This document shows, in pieces, positions 30,938 through 32,000 of a stretch of DNA of 32,000 nucleotides. Made by a program: the position numbers and the translations under genes. Where the stretch lies: NCBI RefSeq assembly GCF_000007225.1, contig NC_003364.1, positions 1,380,001-1,412,000 on the forward strand. The letters are read 5' to 3'. The notes under the pieces are model-generated. The model made no database searches. It had not been told where the DNA came from and saw only the letters and a program-made list of their open reading frames with translations. The first letter of the stretch is position 1. Each line of letters starts with the position of its first letter. This stretch comes from Pyrobaculum aerophilum str. IM2 (lineage in GTDB: Archaea; Thermoproteota; Thermoprotei; Thermoproteales; Thermoproteaceae).

Positions 30938-32000
30938 TTACAACTTGCCCCGGCTGAGAACTCTAGCGGCTACTATTAATGGGTGCCACACTGGCGCTGT
31001 GTCGGGCATATATCCAATATCTGAAAAGAAGAGATCAGACACGGTGTAGCCAGATTGTACCGCCACTGCTAGGATATCTGCATAAGAGGCGACGACTGGG
31101 CTCTTGCCGACTATCTGTCCGCCGAGAATGCGGCCAGTCGACTCCTCCGCAATAAGCTTGACGTGTACTGTCTCAGCGCCAGGCATGTAATGTGCCTTAG
31201 TCCTCGCCTTTATTAATGCGCTTTGTGTTTTAAACCCGAGCTGGGCGGCATCCTTTTCGCTCAGCCCTGTTCTAGCTATATAGAGGTTGTAGAACTTAGT
31301 GACGGCAGTCCCGACGACGCCGGGGAATTTCAATATACGGTTTCTCACCGCGTTCCCCCCAGCCACTTGTCCCTCTTTATTTGCCGTGGGAGCAAGCGGT
31401 ATCCAAACCCTCCTACCTGTGACTCTGTGGACTTTTTCCGCCACGTCGCCAGCTGCGTATACGTCGGGAACAGTCGTCTCCATATACTCATTTACATACA
31501 CGGCGCCTGTCTCTCCCAGTTTTGCCCCGGCCCTTACTGCTAAATCCACGTCGGGTCTAACCCCCACGGCTAAAATCACCTCGTCTACTTGATACTCGCC
31601 CTTCTCTGTCACCACTTTATTTACATGTTCCACGCCTCTGAACTCCACCACTTTTTCCCCCAGGTGTAGCTCTACTCCTCTCGTTTTCATCTCCTCTGCC
31701 ACTATTCCAGCAACATCGGGATCTAAAGCCGCTGGCAGAACTTGGTCGAACATCTCGAAAAGCAGAAACCTCTTGCCTAATTCTAACAACACCTCAGCCA
31801 TTTCAACCCCTATGTAGCCCCCGCCCACAATAGCCACAGTTTTTGCCTTGTCAATATGGCCCTTTAGGTGGGGGACCTCGTCGGGGTGTCTCATGGTGAG
31901 AATACCCTTCAGCTCTACGCCAGGTATCCTCGGCACTAAGGGCTTTGCCCCAGTGGCGATGACCAACTTGTCCCAGGGGATTTTCTCCTCAGAGCCCCCC
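30938..32000 (-). CDS. Pyridine nucleotide-disulfide oxidoreductase (NADH oxidase / CoA-disulfide reductase family), N-terminus beyond the window
   Basis: DKLVIATGAKP, VGGGYIGVEMAE (second Rossmann motif) and YAAGDVA. The ORF-track start at 31966 is a TTG inside the conserved KLVIATG segment, and the frame stays open to nt 32000, so the gene is truncated by the window edge. Confidence 0.85.
   Translation of the reverse strand, partial: GGSEEKIPWDKLVIATGAKPLVPRIPGVELKGILTMRHPDEVPHLKGHIDKAKTVAIVGGGYIGVEMAEVLLELGKRFLLFEMFDQVLPAALDPDVAGIVAEEMKTRGVELHLGEKVVEFRGVEHVNKVVTEKGEYQVDEVILAVGVRPDVDLAVRAGAKLGETGAVYVNEYMETTVPDVYAAGDVAEKVHRVTGRRVWIPLAPTANKEGQVAGGNAVRNRILKFPGVVGTAVTKFYNLYIARTGLSEKDAAQLGFKTQSALIKARTKAHYMPGAETVHVKLIAEESTGRILGGQIVGKSPVVASYADILAVAVQSGYTVSDLFFSDIGYMPDTAPVWHPLIVAARVLSRGKL

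Noticed and set aside
1-32000. CRISPR arrays, IS elements or transposases, integrases and prophage boundaries.
   Set aside because: I saw no regularly spaced direct repeats, no terminal inverted repeats flanking an ORF, and no DDE, tyrosine- or serine-recombinase motifs in any frame of the ORF track. The longest non-coding stretch is 321 nt.

Overview
This is a gene-dense archaeal chromosomal window. I call 39 protein-coding genes on both strands, and only about 1.5 kb of the 32 kb lies outside a CDS call. By eye I found no rRNA, tRNA, CRISPR array, transposase or integrase. The source is most plausibly a hyperthermophilic crenarchaeon of the Thermoproteales (Pyrobaculum/Thermoproteus-like); this is inference, not a database hit. 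Three things point that way: the gene content (ABCE1, archaeal ApgM, archaeal DtdA, a DUF115/MptE-like protein, a PDO-type disulfide oxidoreductase, an Lhr-type helicase); frequent GTG starts; and an AT-rich TATA-like box about 20-30 nt upstream of many start codons, which fits leaderless mRNAs. About two thirds of the genes are recognisable housekeeping or metabolic genes: apgM, cutA, mdh, rdgB/HAM1, acyl-CoA synthetase, Zn-ADH, an M20 peptidase, an MFS transporter, a GT2 glycosyltransferase, a CBS protein and an NADH oxidase-family enzyme. The parts worth a second look are: (1) a tightly coupled four-gene minus-strand cluster plus a divergent partner (13.5-16.6 kb) with no recognisable families; it includes a Zn-ribbon protein and a methyltransferase-fold protein that lacks the SAM glycine loop; (2) the longest non-coding gap (989-1309), which carries a repeated TTGCGAA motif, a 23-nt repeat shared with the neighbouring gene and a possible tiny ORF or sRNA, next to an AT-richer orphan gene; (3) a Tat-motif SagB-type flavoprotein placed start-to-start (shared CACGTG) with a small His-bearing membrane protein and a UbiE-like methyltransferase; (4) an ABCE1 / 2H-phosphoesterase / LAGLIDADG-like / TRIC-channel operon; (5) an RHH-protein / coiled-coil / possible nuclease trio; (6) a protein with an extreme poly-Lys/Arg tail encoded by a 71-nt polypyrimidine tract; and (7) a window-wide pattern in which all nine convergent gene pairs overlap at their 3' ends. 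None of these is proven to be a new system. All functional readings of the orphan genes are hypotheses that need homology or structure searches and transcript mapping.
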